Assembly (NCBI GenBank): GCA_964016885.1
Contig: OZ024740.1
Location: 406,534,001-406,598,000 of the forward strand
Source of the DNA: Eledone cirrhosa
Taxonomy: Eukaryota
Length of the DNA: 64,000 nucleotides
Direction: 5' to 3'
Shown here: positions 51,201 to 64,000 of the stretch, piece by piece
Layout of the letters: each line of letters starts with the position of its first letter
Position numbering within the stretch: the first letter of the stretch is position 1
The notes under the pieces: generated by a model
The model's database searches: none
What the model was told of the DNA's origin: nothing
Seen by the model: only the letters and a program-made list of their open reading frames with translations
Translations under genes and position numbers: made by a program

Positions 51201-54200
51201 GGATTCCATTATTAGTTAGTAGTCATTTTGGATCACATTATTAGTTAGTAGTCATTGGAGATTCCGTTATTAGTAAGTAGTCATTAGCTAGTAGTCATTG
51301 TGGATTCCGTTATTAGTTAGTAGTGATTGTAGATTCCGTTATTAGTTAGTAGTCATTAGCTAGTAGTCATTGCGGATTCCGTCATTCGCTAGTAGTCATT
51401 GTGGATTCCGTCATTAGTTAGTAGTCATTGTGGATTCCGTTATTAGTTAGTAGTCATTGTGGATTCCGTTAATAGTTAGTAGCCATTGTGGATTCCGTTA
51501 TAAGTTAGTAATCATTAGCTAGTAGTCGTTGTGGATTCCGTTATTAGTTAGTAGACATTAGCTAGTAATCATTTTGGATTCCGACATTAGTTAGTAGTCA
51601 TTGTGGATTCCGTTATTAGTTATTAGTCATTAGCTAGTAGTCATTGTGGATTCCGTCATTACCTAGGAGTCATTGTGGATTCCGTCATTACCTAGTATTC
51701 ATTGTGGATTCCGTCATTAGCTAGTAGTTATTGTGGATTCAGTTATTAGTTAGTAGTCATTAGCTAGTAGTCATTGTGGATTCCCTCATTAGTTAGTAGT
51801 CATTGTGGAATACGTTATTAGTTAGTACTCATTAGCTAGTAGTCATTGTGGATTCCGTCATTAGTTAGTAGTCATTGTGGATACCGTTATTAGTTAGTAG
51901 TCATTAGTTAGTAGTCATTGTGGATTCCGTTATTAGTTAGTAGTCATTGTAGTTTCCGTTATTAGTTAGTAGTCATTGTGGATTCCGTCATTAGTTAATA
52001 GTCATTAACTACCAGTCATTGTGGATCCGTCATTAGTTAGTAGTCATTAGCTAGTGGTCATTGTGGCTTCCGTCATTAGTTAGTAGTCATTGTGGATTCC
52101 GTTATTAGTTAGTAGTCATTGTGGATTTAATTATTAATTAGTAGTCATTGGTTAGTAGTCATTGTGGATTCCGTCATTAGTCAGTAGTCCTTGTGGATTC
52201 CGTCATAAGTTAGTAGTAATTGTGGATTCCGTCATTAGTTAGTAGTCATTAGCTAGAATTCATTTTTGATTCCATAATTCGCCAGTAGTCATGGAGGATT
52301 CCTTTATTAGTTAGTAGTCATTGTGGATTTCATTATTAGTTAATAGTCATTAGTTAGTAGTCATTGTGCATTCGCTCATTAGTTAGTAGTCATTAGCTAG
52401 TAGTCATTAGCTAGTATTCATTGTGGATTACCTCATTCGCAAGTAGTCATTGGGGATTCCGTTATTAGTTAGTAGTCATTGTGGATTCCGTCATTAGCTA
52501 GTAGTCTTTGGCGATTCCCTTATTAGTTAGTAGTCATTGTGGATTCCGTCATTTGTTAGTAGTCATTGTGGATTCCGTTATTAGTTAATAGTCATTGTGG
52601 ATTCCGTTATTAGCTAGTAGTCATTGTGGAATCAGTTATTAGTTAGTAGTCATTAGCTAGTAGTTATTGTGGATTTTGTTATTAGTTAGTAGTCATTAGC
52701 TAGTAGTCATTGTGGATTCCGTTATTAGTTAGTAGTCATTAGCTAGTAGTCATTGTGGATTCCGTCATTAGTTAGTAGTCTTTGTGGATTCCGTTATTAG
52801 TTAGTAGTCTTTGTGGATTCCGTTATTAGTAAGTAGTCATTAGCTAGTAGTCATCGTGGATTCCGTCATTAGTTAGTAGTCATTGTGGATTCCGTTATTA
52901 GTTAGTAGTCGTTGTGCATTCCGTTATTAGTTAGTAGTCTTTGTGGATTCCGTTATTAGTAATTAGTCATTAGCTAGTAGTCATTGTGGATTCCCTCATT
53001 AGTTAGTAGTCATTGTGGATTCCGTTATTAGTTAGTAGTCATTAGCTAGTAGTCATTGTGGATTTCATTATTAGTTAGTAGTCATTAGTTAGTAGTCTTT
53101 GTGGATTCCGTCATTAGTTAGTAGTCATTGTGGATTCCGTCATTAGTTAGTAGTCATTAGTTAGTAGTCATTAGCTAGTAGTCATTAGCTAGTAGTCATT
53201 GTGGATTCCGTCATTCGCTAGTAGACATTGTGGATTCCGTTATTAGTTAGTAGTCATTGTGGATTCCGTCATTAGTTAGTAGTCATTGTCGATTCCGTTA
53301 TGAGTTAGTAGTCATTAGCTAGTAGTCATTGTGGATTCCGTTATTAGTTAGTAGTCATTGTGGATTCTATCATTCGCAAGTAGTCATTGTGGATTCCGTT
53401 ATTAGTTAGTAGTCTTTGTGGATTCCGTTATTAGTAAGTAGTCATTAGCTAGTAGTCATTGTGGATTCCGTCATTAGTTAGTAGTCATTGTGTATTCCGT
53501 CATTAGTTAGTAATCATTGTGGATTCCGTTATTAGTTAGTAGTCATTGTGGATTCCGTTATTAGCTAGTAGTCATTAGCTAGTAGTCATCGTGGATTACG
53601 TCATTACCTAGTAGTCATTGTGGATTCCGTCATTACCTAGTAGTCATTGTGGAATCCGTCATTAGTTAGTAGTCATTGTGGATTCCGTTATTAGTTAGTA
53701 GTCATTGTGGATTCAGTTATTAGTTAGTAGTCATAAGCTAGTAGTCATTGTGGATTCCGACATTAGTTAGTAGTCATTGTGGATTGAGTTATTAGTTAGT
53801 AGTCATTGTGGATTCAGTTATTAGTTAGTAGTCGTAAGCTAGTAGTCATTGTGGATTCCGACATTAGTTAGTAGTCATTGTGGATTCCGTTATTAGTTAG
53901 TAGTCATTAGCTAGTAGTCATTGTGGATTCCGTCATTACCTAGTAGTCATTGTGGATTCCGTCATTACCTAGTAGTCATTGTGGATTCCGTCATTAGTTA
54001 GTAGTCATTGTGGATTCTGTTATTAGTTAGTAGTCATTAGCTACTAGTCATTTTGGATTCCGACATTAGTTAGTAGTCATTGTGGATTCCGTTATTAGTT
54101 AGTAGACATTAGCTATTAGTCATTGTGGATTCCGTCATTACCTAGTAGTCATTGTGGATTCCGTCATTACCTAGTCATTGTGGATTCCGTTATTAGTTAG

Positions 54201-57200
54201 TAGACATTAGCTATTAGTCATTGTGGATTCCGTCATTACCTAGTAGTCATTGTGGATTCCGTCATTAGCTAGTAGTCATTGTGGATTCAGTTATTAGTTA
54301 GTAGTCATAAGCTAGTAGTCATTGTGGATTTCATTATTAGTTAGTAGTCGTAGTGGATTCCGTCATTAACTAGAAGCCATTGTGCATTCCGTTATTAGTT
54401 ACTAGTCATTAGCTAGTAGTCATTGTGGATTCCGTTATTAGTTAGTAGTCATTAGCTAGTAGTCATTTAGGATTCCATCATTCGCTAGTAGTCATTGTGG
54501 ATTCCGTCATTAGTTAGTAGTCATTATGGATTCCATTATTAGTTAGTAGTCATTTTGGATCCCATTATTAGTTAGTAGTCATTGTAGATTCCGTTATTAG
54601 TAAGTAGTTATTAGCTAGTAGTCATTGTAGATTCCGTCATTAGAAAATAGTCATTAACTACCAGTCATTGTGGATCCGTCATTAGTTAGTAGTCATTGTG
54701 GATTCCGTTATTAGTTAGTAGTCATTGTGGATTCCGTTATTAGTTAGTAGTCATTAGCTAGTAGTCATTGTAGATTCCGTCATTAGCTAGTAGTCATTGT
54801 GGATTTAATTATTAGTTAGTAGTCATTGGCTAGTAGTCATTGTGGATTCCGTTATTAGTTAGTAGTGATTGTAGATTCCGTTATTAGTTAGTAGTCATTA
54901 GCTAGTAGTCATTGCGGATTCCGTCATTCGCTAGTAGTCATTGTGGATTCCGTCATTAGTTAGTAGTCATTGTGGATTCCGTTATTAGTTAGTAGTCATT
55001 GTGGATTCCGTTATTAGTTAGTAGCCATTGTGGATTCCGTTATCAGTTAGTAATCATTAGCTAGTAGTCGTTGTGGATTCCGTTATTAGTTAGTAATCAT
55101 TAGCTAGTAGTCATTGTGGATTCCCTCATTAGTTAGTAATCATTGTGGAATACGTTATTAGTTAGTAGTCATTAGCTAGTAGTCATTGTGGATTCCGTCA
55201 TTAGTTAGTACTCATTGTGGATTCCGTTATTAGTTAGTAGTCATTAGTTAGTAGTCATTGTGGATTCCGTTATTAGTTAGTTGTCATTGTGGATTCCGTC
55301 ATTAGCTAGTAGTCATTGGCGATTCCCTTATTAGTTAGTAGTCATTGTGGATTCCGTCATTCGTTAGTAGTCATTGTGGATTCCGTTATTAGTTAATAGT
55401 CATTGTGGATTCCGTTATTAGCTAGTAGTCATTCTGGAATCAGTTATTAGTTAGTAGTCATTAGCTAGTAGTTATTGTGGATTCCGTTATTAGTTAGTAG
55501 TCATTAGCTAGTAGTCATTGTGGATTCCGTTATTAGTTAGTAGTCATTAGCTAGTAGTCATTGTGGATTCTGTCATTACCTAGTAGTCATTGTGGATTCC
55601 GTCATTAGTTAGTAGTCTTTGTGGATTCCGTTATTAGTAAGTAGTTATTAGCTAGTAGTCATTGTGGATTCCGTCATTAGTTAGTAGTCATTGTGGATTC
55701 CGTTATTAGTTAGTAGTCGTTGTGCATTCCGTTATTAGTTAGTAGCCGTAGTGGATTCCGTCATTAACCAGTAGTCATTGTGGATTGCGTTATTAGTTAG
55801 TAGTCATTAGCTGGTAGTCATTGTGGATTCCGTTATTAGTTAGTAGTCATTGTAGATTCCGTTAATAGTTAGTAGTCATTAGCTAGTAGTCATTGTTGAT
55901 TCGTCATTCGCTAGTAATCATTGTGGATTCCGTCATTAGTTAGTAGTCATTGTGGATTCCGTTATTACGTAGGAGTCATTGTGGATTCCGTCATTACCTA
56001 GTAGTCATTGTGGATTCCGTCATTAGCTAGTAGTCAATGTGGATTCAGTTATTAGTTAGTAGGTATTAGCAAGTAGTCATTGTGGTTTCCCTCATTAGTT
56101 AGTAGTCATTGTGGAATACGTTATTAGTTAGTAGTCATTAGCTAGTAGTCAGTGTGGATTCCGTTATTAGTTAGTAGTCATTGTGAATTCCATTATTAGT
56201 TAGTAGTCATTAGTTAGTAGTCATTGTGGATACCGTTATTAGTTAGTAGTCATTGTGGATTCCGTTATTACTTAGTAGTCATTTTAGATTCTCTTATTAG
56301 TTAGTAGTCATTGTGGATTCCGTTATTAGTTAGTAGTCATTGTGGATTCCGTCATTAGTTAATAGTCATTAACTACCAGTCATTGTGGATCCGTCATTAG
56401 TTAGTAGTCATTAGCTAGTGGTCATTGTGGCTTCCGTCATTAGTTAGTAGTCATTGTGGATTCCGTTATTAGTTAGTAGTCATTACCTAGTAGTCATTGT
56501 AGATTCCGTCATTAGCTAGTAGTCATTGTGGATTTAATTATTACTTAGTAGTCATTAGTTAGTAGTCATTGTGGATTCCGTCATTAGTCAGTAGTCCTTG
56601 TGGATTCCGTCATAAGTTAGTAGTCATTGTGGATTCCGTTATTAGTTAGTAGTCATTGTGGATTACGTCATTAGTTAGTAGTCGTTGTGGATTCCGTTAT
56701 TAGTTAGTAGTCGTAGTGGATTCCGTCATTAATTAGTAGTCATTGTGGATTCCGTCATTAGCTAGTAGTCATTGTGGATTCAGTTATTAGTTAGTAGTCA
56801 TAAGCTAGTAGTCATTGTGGATTTCATTATTAGTTAGTAGTCGTAGTGGATTCCGTCATTAACTAGAAGCCATTGTGCATTCCGTTATTAGTTACTAGTC
56901 ATTAGCTAGTAGTCATTGTGGATTCCGTTATTAGTTAGTAGTCATTAGCTAGTAGTCATTTAGGATTCCATCATTCGCTAGTAGTCATTGTGGATTCCGT
57001 CATTAGTTAGTAGTCATTATGGATTCCATTATTAGTTAGTAGTCATTTTGGATCCCATTATTAGTTAGTAGTCATTGTAGATTCCGTTATTAGTAAGTAG
57101 TTATTAGCTAGTAGTCATTGTAGATTCCGTCATTAGTTAATAGTGATTAACTACCAGTCATTGTGGATCCGTCATTAGTTAGTAGTCATTGTGGATTCCG

Positions 57201-60200
57201 TTATTAGTTAGTAGTCATTGTGGATTCCGTTATTAGTTAGTAGTCATTAGCTAGTAGTCATTGTAGATTCCGTCATTAGCTAGTAGTCATTGTGGATTTA
57301 ATTATTAGTTAGTAGTCATTGGCTAGTAGTCATTGTGGATTCCGTTATTAGTTAGTAGTGATTGTAGATTCCGTTAATAGTTAGTAGTCATTAGCTAGTA
57401 GTCATTGCGGATTCCGTCATTCGCTAGTAGTCATTGTGGATTCCGTCATTAGTTAGTAGTCATTGTGGATTCCGTTATTAGTTAGTAGTCATTGTGGATT
57501 CCGTTATTAGTTAGTAGCCATTGTGGATTCCGTTATCAGTTAGTAATCATTAGCTAGTAGTCGTTGTGGATTCCGTTATTAGTTAGTAATCATTAGCTAG
57601 TAGTCATTGTGGATTCCCTCATTAGTTAGTAATCATTGTGGAATACGTTATTAGTTAGTAGTCATTAGCTAGTAGTCATTGTGGATTCCGTCATTAGTTA
57701 GTACTCATTGTGGATTCCGTTATTAGTTAGTAGTCATTAGTTAGTAGTCATTGTGGATTCCGTTATTAGTTAGTTGTCATTGTGGATTCCGTCATTAGCT
57801 AGTAGTCATTGGCAATTCCCTTATTAGTTAGTAGTCATTGTGGATTCCGTCATTCGTTAGTAGTCATTGTGGATTCCGTTATTAGTTAATAGTCATTGTG
57901 GATTCCGTTATTAGCTAGTAGTCATTCTGGAATCAGTTATTAGTTAGTAGTCATTAGCTAGTAGTTATTGTGGATTCCGTTATTAGTTAGTAGTCATTAG
58001 CTAGTAGTCATTGTGGATTCCGTTATTAGTTAGTAGTCATTAGCTAGTAGTCATTGTGGATTCTGTCATTACCTAGTAGTCATTGTGGATTCCGTCATTA
58101 GTTAGTAGTCTTTGTGGATTCCGTTATTAGTAAGTAGTTATTAGCTAGTAGTCATTGTGGATTCCGTCATTAGTTAGTAGTCATTGTGGATTCCGTTATT
58201 AGTTAGTAGTCGTTGTGCATTCCGTTATTAGTTAGTAGCCGTAGTGGATTCCGTCATTAACCAGTAGTCATTGTGGATTGCGTTATTAGTTAGTAGTCAT
58301 TAGCTGGTAGTCATTGTGGATTCCGTTATTAGTTAGTAGTCATTGTAGATTCCGTTAATAGTTAGTAGTCATTAGCTAGTAGTCATTGTTGATTCGTCAT
58401 TCGCTAGTAATCATTGTGGATTCCGTCATTAGTTAGTAGTCATTGTGGATTCCGTTATTACGTAGGAGTCATTGTGGATTCCGTCATTACCTAGTAGTCA
58501 TTGTGGATTCCGTCATTAGCTAGTAGTCAATGTGGATTCAGTTATTAGTTAGTAGGTATTAGCAAGTAGTCATTGTGGTTTCCCTCATTAGTTAGTAGTC
58601 ATTGTGGAATACGTTATTAGTTAGTAGTCATTAGCTAGTAGTCAGTGTGGATTCCGTTATTAGTTAGTAGTCATTGTGAATTCCATTATTAGTTAGTAGT
58701 CATTAGTTAGTAGTCATTGTGGATACCGTTATTAGTTAGTAGTCATTGTGGATTCCGTTATTACTTAGTAGTCATTTTAGATTCTCTTATTAGTTAGTAG
58801 TCATTGTGGATTCCGTTATTAGTTAGTAGTCATTAGCTAGTAGTCATCGTGGATTCCGTTATTAGTTAGTAGTCATTGTAGATTCCGTTAATAGTTAGTA
58901 GTCATCAGCTAGTAGTCATTGTGGATTCCGTTATTAGTTAGTAGTCATTATCTAGTAGTCATTGTGGATTCCGTCATTACCTAGTAGTCATTGTGGATTA
59001 CGTCATTAGTTAGTAGTCGTTGTGGATTCCGTTATTAGTTAGTAGTCGTAGTGGATTCCGTCATTAATTAGTAGTCATTGTGGATTCCGTTATTAGTTAG
59101 TAGTCATTAGCTAGTAGTCATTGTGGATTCCGTTATTAGTTAGTAGTCATTGTAGATTAAGTTATTAGTTAGTAGTCATTAGCTAGTAGTCAGTGTGGAT
59201 TCGTCATTCGCTAGTAATCATTGTGGATTCCGTCATTAGTTAGTAGTCATTGTGGATTCCGTTATTAGTTAGTAGTCAATGTGGATTCCATTATTAGTTA
59301 GTAGTCATTTTGGATCCCATTATTAATTAGTAGTCATTGTGGATTCCGTTATTATTAAGTAGTCATTAGCTAGTCGTCATTGTGGATTCCGTCATTAGTT
59401 AATAGTCGTTAACTACCCGTCATTGTGGATCCGCCATTAGTTAGTAGTCATTGTGGATTCCGTTCTTAGTTAGTAGTCATTGTAGATTCCGTTATTAGTT
59501 AGTAGTCATTGTGGATTCCGTTATTAGCTAGTAGTCATTAGCTAGTGGTCATTGTGGATTCCGTGATTAGTTAGTAGTCATTGTGGATTCCGTTATTAGT
59601 TAGTAGTGATTAACTAGTAGTCATTGTAGATTCCGTCATTCGCTAGTAGTCATTGTGGATTTAATTATAAGTTAGAAGTCATTAGTTAGTAGTCATTGTG
59701 GATTACGTCATTAGTTAGTAGACCTTCCTTGTGGATTCCGTCATATGTTAGTAGTCATTGTGGATTCCCTTATTAGTTAGTAGTCATTAGCTAGAAGTCA
59801 TTGTGGATGTCATTATTAGTTATTAGTCATTAGCTAGTAGTCATTGTGGATTCCCTCATTAGTTAATAGTCATTGTGCATTCCGTTATTAGTTAGTAGTC
59901 ATTAGCTAGTAGTCATTGTGGATTTCATTATTAGTTTGTAGTCATTAGTTAGTAGTCTATGTGGATTCCGTCTTTAGTTAGTAGTCATTGTGGATTCCGT
60001 CATTAGTTAGTAGTCATTAGCTAGTAGTCATTAGCTTGTAGTCATTGTGGATTCCGTCATTCGCTAGTAGACATTGTGGATTCCGTTATTAGTTAGTAGT
60101 GATTGTGAATTCCGTCATTAGCTGGTAGTCATTGTGGATTCCGTTATTAGTTAGTAGTCATTAGCTAGTATTCATTGTGGATTCCGTTATTAGCTAGTAG

Positions 60201-63200
60201 TCATTGTGGATTACGTCATTCGCTAGTAGACATTGTGAATTCCGTTATTAGTTAGTAGTCATTGTGGATTCCGTCATTAGTTAGTAGACATTGTGGATTC
60301 CGTTATTAGTTAGTAGTCATTGTGGATTCCGTTATTAGTTAGTAGTCATTGTGGATTCCGTCATTAGCTAGTAGTCATTGTGGATTCCGTATTTAGTTAG
60401 TAGTCATAAGCTAGTAGTCATTGTGGATTCCGTCATTCGTTAGTAGTCATTGTGGATTCCGTTATTAGTTAGTAGTCAATGTGGATTCCGTCATTCGTTA
60501 GTAGTCATTGTGGATTCCATTATTAGTTAGTAGTCATTGTGGATTCCGTTATTAGTTAGTAACCATTGTGGATTCCGTTATTAGTTAGTAGTTATTAGCT
60601 AGTAGTCACTGTGGATTCCGTTATTAGTTAGTAGTCATTAGCTAGAAGTCATTTTTGATTCCGTCATTAGTTAGTAGTGATTGTGGATTCGCTCATCAGT
60701 TAGTAGTCATTGTGGATTCCGTTATTAGTTAGTAGTCATTGTGGATTCCGTTATTAGTTAGTAGTCATTAGCTAGTAGTCATTGTGGATTCCGTTATTAG
60801 TTAGTTGTCATTGTAGATTCCGTTATTAGTTAGTAGTCATTAGCTAGTAGTCATTGTGGATTCGTCATTCGCTAGTAGTTATTGTGGATTCCGTCATTAG
60901 TTAGTAGTCATTGTGGATTCCGTTATTAGTTAGTAGTCATTGTGGATTCCATTATTAGTTAGTAATCATTAGCTAGTAGTCGTTGTGGATTCCGTTATTA
61001 GTTAGTAGTCATTAGCTAGTTGTCATTTTGGATTCCGACATTAGTTAGTAGTCATTGTAGATTCCGTTATTAGTTAGTAGTCATTAGCTAGTAGTCATTG
61101 TGGATTCCGTCATCACGTAGGAGTCATTGTGGATTCCGTCATTACCTAGTAGTCATTGTGGATTCAGTCATTAGCTAGTAGTCATTGTGGATTCAGTTAT
61201 TAGTTAGTAGGTATTAGCAAGTAGTCATTTTGGATTCCCTCATTAGTTAGTAGTCATTGTGGAATACGTTATTAGTTAGTAGTCATTAGCTAGTAGTCAG
61301 TGTGGATTCCGTTATTAGTTAGTAGTCATTATGAATTCCATTATTAGTTAGTAGTCATTAGTTAGTAGTCATTGTGGATTCCGTTATTAGTTAGTAGTCA
61401 TTGTGGATTCCGTTATTAGTTATTAGTCATTTTAGATTCCCTTATTAGTTAGTAGTCTTTGTGGATTCCGTCATTAGTTAGTAGTCATTGTGGATTCCGT
61501 CATTAGTTAGTAGTCATTATCTAGTAGTCATTAGCTAGTAGTCATTGTGGATTACGTCATTCGCCAGAAGTCATTGTGGATTCCGTCATTAGTTAGTAGT
61601 CATTGTGGATTCCATTATTAGTTAGTAGTCATTGTGGATTCCGTTATTAGTTAGTAGCCATTGTGGATTCCGTTATTAGTTAGTAATCATTAGCTAGTAG
61701 TCGTTGTGGATTCCGTTATTAGTTAGTAGTCATTAGCTAGTAATCATTTTGGATTCCGACATTAGTTAGTAGCCATTGTGGATTCCGTTATTAGTTATTA
61801 GTCATTAGTTAGTAGTCATTGTGGATTCCGTCATTCGTTAGTAGTGAATGTGGATTCCGTTATTAGTTAGTAGCCATTGTGGATTCTGTTATTAGTTAGT
61901 AGTCATTAGCTAGTAGTCAATGTGGATTCCGTTATTAGTTAGTGGTCAGTGGCTAGTAGTCATTTAGGATTCCGTCATTAGTTAGTAGTCATTGTGGATT
62001 CCGTTATTAGTTAGTAGTCATTAGCTAGTAGTCATTTAGGATTCCGTCATTAGTTAGTAGTCATTGTGGATTCCGTTATTAGTTAGTAGTCATTAGCTAG
62101 TAGTCATTGTGGATTCCGTCATTACCTAGTAGTCATTGTGGATTCCGTCATTAGCTAGTAGTCTTTGTGGATTGCGTCATTAGCTAGTAGTCATTGTGGA
62201 TTCAGTTATCAGTTAATAGTCATTAGCAAGTAGTCATTGTGGATGTCATTATCAGTTATTAGTCATTAGCTAGTAGTCATTGTGGATTTCATTATTAGTT
62301 TGTAGTCATTAGTTAGTAGTCTATGTGGATTCCGTCATTAGTTAGTAGTCATTAGCTAGTAGTCATTAGCTTGTAGTCATTGTGGATTCCGTCATTCGCT
62401 AGTAGACATTGTGGATTCCGTTATTAGTTAGTAGTCATTGTGGATTCCGTCATTAGCTAGTAGTAATTGTGGATTCCGTTATTACTTAGTAGTCATTAGC
62501 TAGTAGTCATTGTGGATTCCGTTATTAGCTAGTAGTCATTGTGGATTCCGTGATTCGCTAGTAGACACTGTGGATTCCGTTATTAGTTATTAGTCATTGT
62601 GGATTCCGTCATTAGTTAGTAGACATTGTGGATTCCGTTTTTAGTTAGTAGTCATTGTGGATTCCGTTATTAGTTAGTAGTCATTGTGGATTCCGTCATT
62701 AGCTAGTAGTCATTGTGGATTCCGTATTTAGTTAGTAGTCATAAGCTAGTAGTCATTGTGGATTCCGTCATTGGCTAGTAGTCATTGTGGATTCCGTTAT
62801 TAGTTAGTAGTCAATGTGGATTCCGTCATTCGTTAGTAGTCATTGTGGATTCCGTTATTAGTTAGTAGCCATTGTGGATTCCGTTATTAATTAGTAGTCA
62901 TTAGCTAGTAGTCACTGTGGATTCCGTTATTAGTTAGTAGTCATTAGCTAGTCGTCAGTGTGGATTCCGTTATTAGTTAGTAGTCATTATGAATTCCATT
63001 ATTAGTTAGTAGTCATTAGTTAGTAGTCATTGTGGATTCCGTTATTAGTTAGTAGTCATTGTGGATTCCGTTATTAGTTATTAGTCATTTTAGATTCCCT
63101 TATTAGTTAGTAGTCTTTGTGGATTCCGTCATTAGTTAGTAGTCATTGTGGATTCCGTCATTAGTTAGTAGTCATTATCTAGTAGTCATTAGCTAGTAGT

Positions 63201-64000
63201 CATTGTGGATTACGTCATTCGCCACAAGTCAATGTGGATTCCGTCATTAGTTAGTAGTCATTGTGGATTCCATTATTAGTTAGTAGTCATTGTGGATTCC
63301 GTTATTAGTTAGTAGCCATTGTGGATTCCGTTATTAGTTAGTAATCATTAGCTAGTAGTCGTTGTGGATTCCGTTATTAGTTAGTAGTCATTAGCTAGTA
63401 ATCATTTTGGATTCCGCCATTAGTTAGTAGCCATTGTGGTTTCCGTTATTAGTTATTAGTCATTAGTTAGTAGTCATTGTGGATTCCGTCATTCGTTAGT
63501 AGTGAATGTGGATTCCGTTATTAGTTATTAGCCATTGTGGATTCCGTTATTAGTTAGTAGTCATTAGCTAGTAGTCAATGTGGATTCCGTTATTAGTTAG
63601 TGGTCAGTGGCTAGTAGTCATTTAGGATTCCGTCATTAGTTAGTAGTCATTGTGGATTCCGTTATTAGTTAGTAGTCATTAGCTAGTAGTCATTTAGGAT
63701 TCCGTCATTAGTTAGTAGTCATTGTGGATTCCGTTATTAGTTAGTAGTCATTAGCTAGTAGTCATTGTGGATTCCGTCATTACCTAGTAGTCATTGTGGA
63801 TTCCGTCATTAGCTAGTAGTCTTTGTGGATTCCGTCATTAGCTAGTAGTCATTGTGGATTCAGTTATCAGTTAATAGTCATTAGCAAGTAGTCATTGTGG
63901 ATGTCATTATCAGTTATTAGTCATTAACTAGTAGTCATTGTGGATTTCATTATTAGTTTGTAGTCATTAGTTAGTAGTCTATGTGGATTCCGTCATTAGT
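30284..64000 (+). repeat. Satellite array (>33.7 kb, runs off window end) of subunits A = GTCATTGTGGATTCC (15 bp) and B = GTYATTAGYTAGTA (14 bp); 29-bp AB and 43-bp ABB monomers
   Basis: Read directly. Single orientation with no visible insertions, and the ORF track shows no ORFs here. Confidence 0.98.

Noticed and set aside
30284-64000. Telomeric repeat (TTAG-rich)
   Set aside because: No TTAGGG or TTAGG tandem runs. TTAG is only part of the 14-bp subunit.

Overview
Repeat-only, heterochromatin-like eukaryotic DNA. The SINE families and (TA)n/(CATA)n tracts resemble octopus/cephalopod genomes (inference from recalled repeat sequences). No intact host gene is recognisable. Layout: (1) 1-4446, a 56-bp satellite whose monomer is a slice of the Gypsy reverse-transcriptase coding sequence it runs into (pol remnant to ~5350). 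(2) A 2-kb non-autonomous LTR element with an unusually long tRNA-Trp primer-binding site. (3) 9.8-14.1 kb, a (TA)n nest of Penelope-like fragments, including a near-complete Neptune-type RT + GIY-YIG copy and several hammerhead ribozyme motifs. (4) A full-length degenerate Tx1/L1 LINE on the minus strand, inserted in a minisatellite. (5) A 425-bp near-perfect palindrome carrying a hammerhead. (6) A fragmented hAT transposase interrupted by SINEs, microsatellites and CRE-like RLE fragments. (7) 30284-64000, a 33.7-kb satellite built from 15-bp and 14-bp subunits, with kilobase-scale higher-order duplications. All coordinates and alignments were read by eye.
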